In this document: positions 1 to 8,835 of the stretch, piece by piece
Layout of the letters: each line of letters starts with the position of its first letter
Position numbering within the stretch: position 1 is the first letter of the stretch
Sequence record: DRR723986_9341
Reading direction: 5' to 3' (one strand)
DNA: 34,160 nt
The notes under the pieces: model-generated
Databases searched by the model: none
Told to the model about the DNA's origin: nothing
The model's input: only the letters and a program-made list of their open reading frames with translations
Translations under genes and position numbers: made by a program

Positions 1-1
1 G

Positions 2-50
2 ACCAGATAAGCAAAGAATCTAAGGCAACTAGCATCATTGCGGATAATCA
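2..50 (+). repeat. Copy 1 of a structured non-coding repeat or possible ncRNA, truncated by the window start
   Basis: Ungapped 39/49 nt match to the reverse complement of 8892-8940, including a perfect 17-mer ATCATTGCGGATAATCA (34-50). Confidence 0.85.
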
Positions 51-228
51 CAAAAAATTATTTTAAAACCCCTTTAAGGTTTATTTCCATCGTTTATGTA
101 CTTTTAGATGAATAGACTGTATTTTAACATAGTATTTTTTGTTAAATGGAAGTTTTAATTTAAGTTATATCCATTATTTCGATAGAGAGTAAAATTTTAA
201 ATACGAATCACTTTTAAAAATTAATAGT

Positions 229-1797
229 ATGAAACACAAACTTACAATTTTCAACTCAGCTGTTCTGTTGCTGTTCTGTTTGCCTTTTTTGGCACAGGCG
301 CAGGATAAGCCCAATATCCTCGTGATTTGGGGTGATGACATCGGGACTTGGAACATCAGTCACAACAACCGAGGTATGATGGGGTACAAGACTCCAAATA
401 TTGATAGAATCGCCAGTGAAGGCGTTTCTTTTACAGATTACTACGCGCAACAAAGTTGTACTGCAGGACGTGCTGCCTTCATTAGTGGATCCGTCCCAGT
501 TAGACCAGGAATGACTAAAGTCGGATTACCTGGTGCTGCAGAAGGATGGCAAAAGACTGATGTGACGATGGCTTCTATATTAAAAGCGCAAGGTTATGCT
601 ACAGGTCAATTTGGTAAAAACCACCAAGGTGATCGTGATGAGCACCTTCCTACTATGCATGGGTTTGACGAATTCTTAGGTAGCCTTTACCACTTGAATG
701 CTGAGGAAGAGCCAGAGCAACGTGACTATCCAGGTGATATGATCATGGCTAATGGCAAGACATTCAGAGAGACCTATGGTCCTCGTGGCGTATTGCATAC
801 CAAAGCTGATGGAGAAGGAGGACAAACTATCGAAAATACAGGACCACTTACCAAAAAAAGAATGGAAACCATCGATGATGAAACTGTAGCAGCGGCTAAA
901 GACTTCATCAAACGTCAAGTTGAAGCTGGAAAGCCTTTCTTCACTTGGTGGAATGGTACCAGAATGCACTTCAGAACACACGTAAAAGAAGAGCATATCG
1001 GTATTTCTGGTCAGGATGAGTATTCTGACGGCATGGTAGAGCATGATATGCACGTAGGAGAACTATTGGCAGTCTTGGACGAATTAGGAATTGCTGACAA
1101 TACAATCGTAATGTACTCAACTGATAATGGCCCACACTACAACACTTGGCCAGATGCAGGCACAACTCCTTTCCGTTCTGAGAAAAATTCAAACTGGGAG
1201 GGTGCTTACAGAGTACCTACTTTTATCAAATGGCCAGGGCATTTCCCTGCAGGTACTACTTTGAATGGTATTGTTTCTCATGAAGATTGGTTGCCTACAT
1301 TTGCTGCTGCTGCAGGAGATACGAACGTGAAAGAAAGACTTCTTGAAGGCACTACTATCAATGGTAGAAAATACCGTAACCACATAGATGGCTACAACAT
1401 GCTAGATTACCTATCAGGAAAAACTGAAACTTCTCCAAGAAGAGAATTCTGGTATGTAAATGATGATGGTCAGGTCGTGGCAGCTCGATACGACGATTGG
1501 AAAGTGGTATTCCTTGAAAATAGAGGAGAAGCTTTTGGAGTGTGGAGAGAGCCATTCACAGAACTACGTGTTCCTCTATTGTTCAACCTACGTAGAGATC
1601 CTTTTGAAAAAGCACAACATAATGCTAACGTGTACGATGACTGGTTCCTAAGCCGTGCATTCGTACTTGTTCCGATCCAAGGTCTTGCAGCGAAATTCTT
1701 GATGTCAATGGAAGAATACCCACCAAGCCAAACCCCAGGGTCTTTCAACCTTTCTAAGATTGAAGAGCAACTAAGAAAGTCTAGCGGTAGCAATTAA
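229..1797 (+). CDS. Periplasmic arylsulfatase-family (S1, Cys-type) sulfatase
   Basis: Signal peptide ending AQA-QDKPN. It carries KPNILVIWGDD (metal-ligand DD), the formylglycine motif SCTAGR (CxAxR), GYATGQFGKNH and YSTDNG. Confidence 0.93.
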   Translation: MKHKLTIFNSAVLLLFCLPFLAQAQDKPNILVIWGDDIGTWNISHNNRGMMGYKTPNIDRIASEGVSFTDYYAQQSCTAGRAAFISGSVPVRPGMTKVGLPGAAEGWQKTDVTMASILKAQGYATGQFGKNHQGDRDEHLPTMHGFDEFLGSLYHLNAEEEPEQRDYPGDMIMANGKTFRETYGPRGVLHTKADGEGGQTIENTGPLTKKRMETIDDETVAAAKDFIKRQVEAGKPFFTWWNGTRMHFRTHVKEEHIGISGQDEYSDGMVEHDMHVGELLAVLDELGIADNTIVMYSTDNGPHYNTWPDAGTTPFRSEKNSNWEGAYRVPTFIKWPGHFPAGTTLNGIVSHEDWLPTFAAAAGDTNVKERLLEGTTINGRKYRNHIDGYNMLDYLSGKTETSPRREFWYVNDDGQVVAARYDDWKVVFLENRGEAFGVWREPFTELRVPLLFNLRRDPFEKAQHNANVYDDWFLSRAFVLVPIQGLAAKFLMSMEEYPPSQTPGSFNLSKIEEQLRKSSGSN

Positions 1798-1819
1798 TCG
1801 CAAAGATTTTAAATAAGTC

Positions 1820-1852
1820 AATAGGATAGACTATAGTCTATCCTATTTTTTT
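1820..1852 (+). terminator. Intrinsic terminator after the sulfatase
   Basis: Perfect 28-bp palindrome AATAGGATAGACTATAGTCTATCCTATT (1820-1847) running into a T-tract to 1852, 22 nt after the stop codon. Confidence 0.85.
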
Positions 1853-2004
1853 GTGGATCTCGGGAAAAGCAATCCTAAAAACTGAGGTCTTCGTATTTTA
1901 TAACTTTTAAATTAATTGTAATTTAAAGTCCATCGTTATTTTCTGGTTTAATAGTCCTCTTGAGGGATTACTCTGCCATTTATACATAAACTTTTCTGCT
2001 ACAT

Positions 2005-2970
2005 ATGACTCCCTTCGAAACCATACAAGAATTAAAAGAGCGAATGTCAACTTCCATCATTGGTCAGCAAGATCTGATAGAGCGTTTGATACTGGTGCTT
2101 TTGGCGGACGGAAATATGCTATTGGAAGGTCTACCTGGCTTAGCAAAAACCAGAGCGATCAAATCATTAGCTAAGGAATTGGACTGCGGACTAAGCCGGA
2201 TTCAGTTTACTCCAGATCTACTTCCTTCAGATATCACTGGGACGGAAATTTATCAGCCGGAATTAGAAGAGAAATTTGTGTTTCAAAAAGGCCCTATTTT
2301 CAGCAATTTGATTTTGGCAGATGAGATCAACCGGGCTCCCGCCAAAGTACAATCTGCCCTGCTGGAGGCGATGGAGGAGAGGCAAGTTTCTGTCGCTGGA
2401 AAAACCTATAAAATGGACCCACTCTTCATGGTGATGGCAACTCAAAATCCCGTGGAGCAAGAAGGAACATATCCACTTCCGGAAGCGCAGATGGATAGAT
2501 TTCTCATGCATGTAGTGATCAGTTATCCTGATGATGCATCTGAATTGGCTATTCTGAGATTGAATAGAAGTGAGCAATCGCATGAACATACGCAGGAAGA
2601 AACCCCGCTTTCGCCAGAAGTAATATTCGAAGCCAGAAAAGAAATCGCTCAGGTGAAAATCGCTGAGAATATGGAAAAGTATATCGTGGATATAATTTCA
2701 GCTACGCGCTTTCCGGATAAATATTCCAAAGAACTGGATAGCTGGATAGATTTCGGTGCCAGTCCACGAGGTAGTATTGCCTTGGACAGAGCAGCAAGAA
2801 CACATGCTTGGATGAGCGGAAATGATTTTGTGACGCCAGATAATATACGTGCCGTAGTGCATGACTGCTTGAGACACCGCTTGATTCTCAGTTATGAAGC
2901 CAATGCTGACGGAATCATTGCTGATCAGGTCTTAGACGAAGTATTGAAAGTGGTCGCAGTAGTCGGATAG
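2005..2970 (+). CDS. moxR: MoxR-family AAA+ ATPase (MoxR proper type)
   Basis: Walker A LLEGLPGLAKT, RIQFTPDLLPSD, Walker B LADEINRA, ATQNPVEQEGTYPLPEAQMDRF and GASPR. Confidence 0.95.
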   Translation: MTPFETIQELKERMSTSIIGQQDLIERLILVLLADGNMLLEGLPGLAKTRAIKSLAKELDCGLSRIQFTPDLLPSDITGTEIYQPELEEKFVFQKGPIFSNLILADEINRAPAKVQSALLEAMEERQVSVAGKTYKMDPLFMVMATQNPVEQEGTYPLPEAQMDRFLMHVVISYPDDASELAILRLNRSEQSHEHTQEETPLSPEVIFEARKEIAQVKIAENMEKYIVDIISATRFPDKYSKELDSWIDFGASPRGSIALDRAARTHAWMSGNDFVTPDNIRAVVHDCLRHRLILSYEANADGIIADQVLDEVLKVVAVVG

Positions 2971-3000
2971 AAGTTTTTCTTTCTTGAACGGTCGGGCGTT

Positions 3001-3037
3001 TCTCCCGTCTCCCGTCTCCCGTCTTCGGTCTTCCGTC
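3001..3037. repeat. Heptamer tandem repeat (TCTCCCG)x3-TCTTCGG-TCTTCCG
   Basis: Read directly in the moxR-DUF58 intergenic region: five units of TCTYCSG. Confidence 0.85.
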
Positions 3038-3075
3038 CAAACTTCACACGATTCACATTCTAACTCAACAAGTCT

Positions 3076-4011
3076 ATGTCCAACCCGAACTCCTTTCCTA
3101 AAGACGTATTCACCTCGCTCAAAGAGCTGCTGGGAATGGAGCGCCTGTCTCAATATTTTTCCTTGATTGCCAGAAAGCAGAAAGTCAAAAGTATTCTAGG
3201 AGGTAGACACCAATCCAAACTCCGAGGAAGAGGATTGGATTTTGAAGAGGTGCGACACTATGTGAAAGGCGATGATATCCGAAATATCGATTGGAAAGTC
3301 ACTGCACGTACAAGAGAGACACATACTCGGGTGTTTTCGGAAGAGAAAGAGAAACCTGCTCTTATCGTGGTTGACCAGTCCAATTCCATGTTTTTTGGTT
3401 CTCGAAAGCGCACCAAATCTGTGGTAGCGGCTGAACTGGCGGCTGTAGCTGCCTTTAGGGTTTTGAAACAAGGCGACCGGGTAGGTGGAGTTGTCTTTGC
3501 TGATAACGGGATTGATGTCATCCAGCCAAAAAGAGATCGAAGAAATATCCTGCGTTTTTTGGAAAAAGTGGTTACTCGGAATCATGAGTTGGTTGATTCC
3601 AAGCCAGCAAAATTTGAAGATGCGCTGAATGAGACGATTGCAAAGATTAACAACATTGTCACACACGATTATTTGGTTGTGGTGATTTCTGATTTCCGCA
3701 GGTATGACGCTACTGTCATCCGATTTATCCGCCAGATTGCCCAACACAATGATGTGGTTTTGGTGAAAGTAGTTGATCCCCTAGAACGGGAAATTCCTAC
3801 TATTAAATTTGTGGCGGGAGACAGCGAAACGCAGGTAACCGTGGATGGGAAAAGCTCCAAGGTTAGAAAGAATTTCAAGATTGGCTTTGAGAATGATTAC
3901 CTGGATTTTCAAACTCAAATGAGCAAGCACCGAATTCCACTTTTTTCAATTGATACAGTGAGGTCGGTAGAAGAACAATTGAAGGATATTTTCAAAAGAA
4001 AAAGAAAATGA
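3076..4011 (+). CDS. DUF58 domain protein (VWA-like MoxR partner)
   Basis: GRGLDFEEVRHYVKGDDIRNIDWKVTAR signature, MIDAS-like DQSNS and VVISDF; lies directly after moxR. Confidence 0.92.
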   Translation: MSNPNSFPKDVFTSLKELLGMERLSQYFSLIARKQKVKSILGGRHQSKLRGRGLDFEEVRHYVKGDDIRNIDWKVTARTRETHTRVFSEEKEKPALIVVDQSNSMFFGSRKRTKSVVAAELAAVAAFRVLKQGDRVGGVVFADNGIDVIQPKRDRRNILRFLEKVVTRNHELVDSKPAKFEDALNETIAKINNIVTHDYLVVVISDFRRYDATVIRFIRQIAQHNDVVLVKVVDPLEREIPTIKFVAGDSETQVTVDGKSSKVRKNFKIGFENDYLDFQTQMSKHRIPLFSIDTVRSVEEQLKDIFKRKRK

Positions 4012-4502
4012 TCCAAACAGACAGCACACAGATTGATTCTTTAATTCAGCAGAAGCCTGTGCTAGGCGACATGCGGTCTATTTATGAGCCACCAGCGGTA
4101 GGCTTTACTTTTGAAACTGTAGGTTGGGCAATTTTGGGAGCATTAATGATGCTTGGCGTTTTGATCGCCCTATTTTTTCTAGTCAAAAAACACATTGACA
4201 ATCGCTACAGAAGAGAGGCCCTAATTACCCTGCAAGAAATTCAGTCAGATCAACAGGCATTTCCACAGATTTTTGTGGTGCTAAAGCGCGTGGCAATTCA
4301 GGCTTTTGGAAGGGAGAGAGTTGGTAATCTTCACGGTAAGTCCTGGCTGAGTTTTCTTGATAAAACAGGAAAAAATGTAGGCTTACAGAAATATGAACAG
4401 GAGATCAGTGCGGTGATCTATCAGGGCAGAATTCCTGATAGGCAGGTCCAAAAGGAAATTTTATCTCAGGCGCAAAAATGGATAAGGACACATGCCAGCT
4501 AA
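4008..4502 (+). CDS. DUF4381-type single-TM protein of MoxR/Bat operons
   Basis: EPPAV...GW followed by a TM segment, then NRYRREAL, LKRVA and LHGKSWLSFLD; ATGA overlap with the DUF58 stop. Confidence 0.8.
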   Translation: MIQTDSTQIDSLIQQKPVLGDMRSIYEPPAVGFTFETVGWAILGALMMLGVLIALFFLVKKHIDNRYRREALITLQEIQSDQQAFPQIFVVLKRVAIQAFGRERVGNLHGKSWLSFLDKTGKNVGLQKYEQEISAVIYQGRIPDRQVQKEILSQAQKWIRTHAS

Positions 4503-5505
4503 CTTTGAAATAGCATATCTCTGGGTCTTTTTATTCCTGCCATTACCCTTTTTTGTGTATTGGATATTGCCTGCCTTACGTATCCGCAGTGCTTCTTTGA
4601 GATTGCCAACCTATGAAAAAGCCTTGGCTTATACTGGGGAAAAGCCCAGAAAATCCGCTTTTGTCAGACGCAGAAGCATATTCAATTGGATAAGTTTGTT
4701 GCTGGTGTGGGGTTTAATTTTGGCTACGCTTTCTTCTCCACAGTTAGTAGGCGAACCTGAAATGAAGGTGAAAACATCCCGAAATTTTTTGATTGCCGTA
4801 GATATTTCTTTTAGCATGGCTGAAAGAGACTGGGAAATGGATGGGAAGAAAGTGAGGCGTTGGGATGCTGTGAAAGCATTAATGCATGAGTTTATCGAAA
4901 AGCGGGAAGGTGATCGTATGGGCTTGATATTTTTTGCAAGTAGCGCATACATCCAGGCACCTTTTACTTCAGATTTGGCAACAGTAGATCAGCTTTTGGA
5001 AGAGGCAGATGTGGGGATGGCTGGACAGCAGACGTTTATTGGAAAAGCTATTACAAAAGGAGTTGAGCTTTTTGAGAGGGATACGATTGAAACTAAAGTG
5101 ATGCTCCTGCTGACCGATGGAGTGGATGCGGGGACAGATATTTTGCCACTGGATGCTGCTGAACTTGCACAGAAGGACTCGATTTTGATTTATACGCTTG
5201 GAATTGGAAATCCATCGGGGGCTGGTTTGGATTTGGATGAGCAAACTCTCCAGGACATAGCTGTGATGACAGGTGGGCAATATTTTTTGGCGGATGATGA
5301 GAAAAAACTGGAAGAGGTTTACACCGAACTCGATAAACTGGAACCTATAGAATATGAAGAGGAAGAAAATCGTCCAACAACCTTGTTGTATTACTATCCA
5401 CTTGGAGCTGCTCTAGGATTATTGTTGCTTTTAATGTTCTTTCAGAGCGTTTTTCAGTTGATACGAAATTCTCTACAAAATAGAAAGGAGGAGTATGTTA
5501 GGTGA
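4492..5505 (+). CDS. BatA-like membrane-anchored VWA protein
   Basis: N-terminal TM segments, MIDAS DISFS, GDRMGLIFF, LLTDG, IYTLGIG, TGGQYF and a C-terminal TM after YYYPL. Confidence 0.9.
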   Translation: MPANFEIAYLWVFLFLPLPFFVYWILPALRIRSASLRLPTYEKALAYTGEKPRKSAFVRRRSIFNWISLLLVWGLILATLSSPQLVGEPEMKVKTSRNFLIAVDISFSMAERDWEMDGKKVRRWDAVKALMHEFIEKREGDRMGLIFFASSAYIQAPFTSDLATVDQLLEEADVGMAGQQTFIGKAITKGVELFERDTIETKVMLLLTDGVDAGTDILPLDAAELAQKDSILIYTLGIGNPSGAGLDLDEQTLQDIAVMTGGQYFLADDEKKLEEVYTELDKLEPIEYEEEENRPTTLLYYYPLGAALGLLLLLMFFQSVFQLIRNSLQNRKEEYVR

Positions 5506-7234
5506 TTTATTTCCAATAGACTGGAAAGAATTCCACTTCTTAAGACCTATGTTTTTGTGGGGATTTGCCCCTGTGCTTTTGATATTGGTTACAGGCTTGC
5601 TGAGTATTCGGCAGGAAGTGACTTGGAAGGAAATGATCGCTCCACATTTGCAGCCTTTTGTGATTCAGAAGGGTAATGAGCGGGTGAAAGTATGGATGCA
5701 ACTTATAGGGTTTTTCGCTTTAAGTTTTGGAGTGCTAGGTTTGGCTGGGCCTACTTGGAAGAAAGTGGAAGAGCCAGGCCAAAAGTTGGAAACACCCTTT
5801 GTGGTTATTTTGGATTTGTCTCAGAGTATGTTGGCTACCGATCTTCAGCCGAATCGTTTGGAGCGCGCCAAATTCAAAATCTCCGACCTTATCGCACAAA
5901 ATCCTCAGGCTAGAATGGCACTTATTGGCTTTGCCGGAACGGCACATACCATCGTGCCATTGACGAAAGACTATGCCATCATCAAAAGTCATATCAATGG
6001 CTTGAGTCCAGATGTGATGCCTTTTCCTGGATCTAATCTAGGAGAAGCCTTGACTCTAGCGGATACATTAATGTCCGTGACTGATGCTCCTGGAACTGTT
6101 TTAATCCTGTCTGATGATATTGAAAATGCAGAGTTTGACCTGATCCGGGATTTTGTACAAAATTCTCAGAACAGAGTGGAGCTTTTGCCTATCAATACGC
6201 TGACAGGTGCAGAGATTCCAAATATAAATGGACGCGGAGTGATGAAAGATGAAAGCGGGAAAATAGTTGTTTCAGCCCTGAATGAAGCGATTTTGACTCA
6301 ATTAAATGCTTTAGAAAGAGTCTCCGTAAATAGTTTGACACTGGATACTAGCGATGTGGAATTGATCAGCAATGCGGTGAAAAAGAATTTGATTTTCACT
6401 GACAAACCTGAAGAAAAGAAAGATGATTGGCGGGATGCGGGCTTACTTTTTATCATCCCGATGGCGGTATTGTTACTTCTTTGGTTCAGAAAAGGATGGG
6501 TAGTTTATGGGTTGGTTTTGATGGTTTTCACTTCATGTTCTAACGTGCACACGTTTGAAGATCTCTGGTACACCAAAGATTACCAAGGCCAGAAGCTGAG
6601 TGACAAAGGCGACTTTGAAGCTGCGGCTGAGCGATTTGAAGATCCGCTTCGCAAAGGAGTTGCGTACTACAAAGCTGGAAATTATGAGGCTGCTATTCAG
6701 CAATTTAGAATTGATACTTCCGCCTATGGGGCTTATAATCTAGGATTGGCATACCTCAAAAATGGTGACATTGAGGCAGCCCGATGGGCATTTGGGGAAG
6801 CGGTGGAAATGGATTCAACAATGGCTGAAGCCGCCGAAAGCCAAAAGGAGATGGATAAAATCTCCAGTGGTCAGGATGAATTGGATCTGGAGGATGCCAA
6901 GGAGGCAGAAGATGATGGACAAGAGGAAAAGCAAGGCGATGATATAAAAAACTCGGGAGAGGAAGGTCAAGAGGAGCAAACCGTAGGCAGTAAAGAGCCC
7001 ACTGAAGAAGATATGGAGGCGGAAGACATTGAACAATCCGAAAACTCAAATGCCACAATGGCTAGAGAGCTTGAAGAAGTTCCTGAGGATACCAATCCTG
7101 CCGTTCAGAAAGATAACAGTAAGATGCTGATGCGTAAAGTAGATGATGATCCATCGCTGTTTTTGAAAAGGAAATTTGCCTACCAAGTGAAGAAGGATAG
7201 CATAAAACCAAAGGCGCATGAAAGGAATTGGTAA
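5495..7234 (+). CDS. BatB/BatC-like fusion: VWA domain + TM + TPR repeats + acidic tail
   Basis: FHFLRP N-terminus, MIDAS DLSQS, DLQPNRLERAK, WFRKGW, TPR motifs (KGVAYYKAGNYEAA, AYNLGLAY) and a D/E-rich C-terminal region. Confidence 0.88.
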   Translation: MLGDLFPIDWKEFHFLRPMFLWGFAPVLLILVTGLLSIRQEVTWKEMIAPHLQPFVIQKGNERVKVWMQLIGFFALSFGVLGLAGPTWKKVEEPGQKLETPFVVILDLSQSMLATDLQPNRLERAKFKISDLIAQNPQARMALIGFAGTAHTIVPLTKDYAIIKSHINGLSPDVMPFPGSNLGEALTLADTLMSVTDAPGTVLILSDDIENAEFDLIRDFVQNSQNRVELLPINTLTGAEIPNINGRGVMKDESGKIVVSALNEAILTQLNALERVSVNSLTLDTSDVELISNAVKKNLIFTDKPEEKKDDWRDAGLLFIIPMAVLLLLWFRKGWVVYGLVLMVFTSCSNVHTFEDLWYTKDYQGQKLSDKGDFEAAAERFEDPLRKGVAYYKAGNYEAAIQQFRIDTSAYGAYNLGLAYLKNGDIEAARWAFGEAVEMDSTMAEAAESQKEMDKISSGQDELDLEDAKEAEDDGQEEKQGDDIKNSGEEGQEEQTVGSKEPTEEDMEAEDIEQSENSNATMARELEEVPEDTNPAVQKDNSKMLMRKVDDDPSLFLKRKFAYQVKKDSIKPKAHERNW

Positions 7235-8549
7235 CTATAGGCAGCTTTTCTTGATATTCTTACTTGCCTTCATTTCTGTTGAAGTGCAGGCTCAAAAGCT
7301 TTGGGCAGAGCTTCATATAAATCCAAACAATCCCTATTTGGGGCAGCCTGTGGAGGTGAATATATTTATCTACTCTTCCACCTGGTTTACTACAGCTCCA
7401 GACTTGGGCAATATCAAAGTTCCGGGAGCTTTCTCCTACTATTTAAGGTCCGTTTCGGTGTCCAAACAAGAAGGGAGTCAGACCTTTGCAGGTGTCCAGT
7501 TGATTTACAATATATTTCCTTACACGGACAATGATGTAGTTTTTCCTGATTTGAATATAGCGCTGGAGTCCCCCGAGGTCGGAGATTATAAAGGGAAAAA
7601 GCATGTCATCAAGGCTAAAGGGAAAACGATCAAAGTAAAGCCAATTCCATCAAAATTCTCAGAGAATGAGTGGCTCGTGGCTAATGGACTGAGTGTCTCT
7701 GAGCGTTGGTCGGGAAATAGGGCTAAGGTCAAAGTAGGTGATGTGGTGGAGCGAACCATTTCCAGAACTGTTTCCGGTACAGTCTCTGAATTAATTCCCC
7801 CGATAGAATGGGATAGCATTGCAAATGTTAGCTTGTATCCTTCGCGTAGTGAGGTGTCGAATAATCAAACAAAGACTGCTATTTCTGCATCCAGAACAGA
7901 AAAGATGCGCTACCTCTTCGAGAAAGAAGGGGAGGTCGTCTTGCCCGAAATGGTATTTACCTGGTATAATCCCTACAGAAATCAATTGTACAAGCGAACC
8001 CTGAAAGAAGTGAAAATTCAGGTCGAAGCAAATCCAGGTTTGGGAGTATTGGCTAGTGTAAGGGATTCCTTGGCGATGATTCAGGAAGAGATTGGATCTG
8101 AAGAAGCTGAAGATCAGCCCTTGACAATTTTGGGGATGAGCCTTGAGAAATTTGCAGGAGTGGTTGTTATAGGAATACTAGTATTGATTTTACTTTTCAA
8201 AGCGCTTCGCAAATTCGTCAGCATTTTGAAAGAGAGAAGAGCGGCATATTTGATTTCGGAGGAATATTATTTCCATGAATTTAAAAAAGCGGCTCATGGG
8301 AAAGACAAAAAAACTACTGCGGCCAAGCTTTATCGATGGATCGATGCCCTTGATCTGAAGGAGCCTAGTGCCGCATTTTTTGCAGAGATGTATGGTTCTG
8401 AAAGTTTGCAAAGGCAGGTAGCAACAATGGAAGCTAAATGGGGAAATGGAAATCAGTTTTCAGGTCTGGCGATCAAAGAATGGGAATTCGCCAGGCATAA
8501 CTATCTGAACCGTGGTGTGGTGGTAGATTCCGGATGGATTAATCCTTAG
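7218..8549 (+). CDS. BatD-like protein
   Basis: Signal peptide ending VQA-Q, beta-rich repeats (KVGDVVERTI, GEVVLPEMVFTWYN), a late TM segment, and last position in the MoxR-VWA operon. Confidence 0.78.
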   Translation: MKGIGNYRQLFLIFLLAFISVEVQAQKLWAELHINPNNPYLGQPVEVNIFIYSSTWFTTAPDLGNIKVPGAFSYYLRSVSVSKQEGSQTFAGVQLIYNIFPYTDNDVVFPDLNIALESPEVGDYKGKKHVIKAKGKTIKVKPIPSKFSENEWLVANGLSVSERWSGNRAKVKVGDVVERTISRTVSGTVSELIPPIEWDSIANVSLYPSRSEVSNNQTKTAISASRTEKMRYLFEKEGEVVLPEMVFTWYNPYRNQLYKRTLKEVKIQVEANPGLGVLASVRDSLAMIQEEIGSEEAEDQPLTILGMSLEKFAGVVVIGILVLILLFKALRKFVSILKERRAAYLISEEYYFHEFKKAAHGKDKKTTAAKLYRWIDALDLKEPSAAFFAEMYGSESLQRQVATMEAKWGNGNQFSGLAIKEWEFARHNYLNRGVVVDSGWINP

Positions 8550-8559
8550 CCAATAGACT

Positions 8560-8835
8560 TTAGCGAAGATGCTTTGGTACTTGGCCATCCATTTCTTTCC
8601 ACTTTTTGGTGAAAAATTTCCGCACTAATAGTTTGGCACTTATACCTACTGCCGCCGTTATTGCAGTATAAAGAACTACTTTTCCGAAGGATGCTTGATC
8701 TGTTTCTGGGTTTTTAGGCGCAGGATCTCCTGTAACAGCTTCGTATCTGTTGTCTATGGCAGCTTTTGCTAATGCAGCCACTCCTAGAGATAAGGCTGCG
8801 GATAAAATTGTGAATTTATTCTCTGATAGTTTCAT
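8560..8835 (-). CDS. Small membrane protein, DUF4235-like
   Basis: Two hydrophobic segments separated by YEAVTGDPAPKNP, a pattern I recognise from DUF4235. Confidence 0.65.
   Translation of the reverse strand: MKLSENKFTILSAALSLGVAALAKAAIDNRYEAVTGDPAPKNPETDQASFGKVVLYTAITAAVGISAKLLVRKFFTKKWKEMDGQVPKHLR

Noticed and set aside
3001-3037. CRISPR array
   Set aside because: These are 7-nt tandem units without spacers; there are no 25-45 nt repeats with unique spacers and no cas genes in the window.
2932-3166. Small ORFs 2984-3166 (+) and 2932-3153 (-) spanning the heptamer array
   Set aside because: Their sequences (SPVSRLRSSV / EDRRRETGDGR) are translations of the repeat and overlap real genes.
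5485-5494. Strong Shine-Dalgarno AAGGAGG before the VWA-TPR gene, unusual for Bacteroidota
   Set aside because: It is only 3 nt from the ATG and is explained by the K-E-E codons of the overlapping upstream gene.
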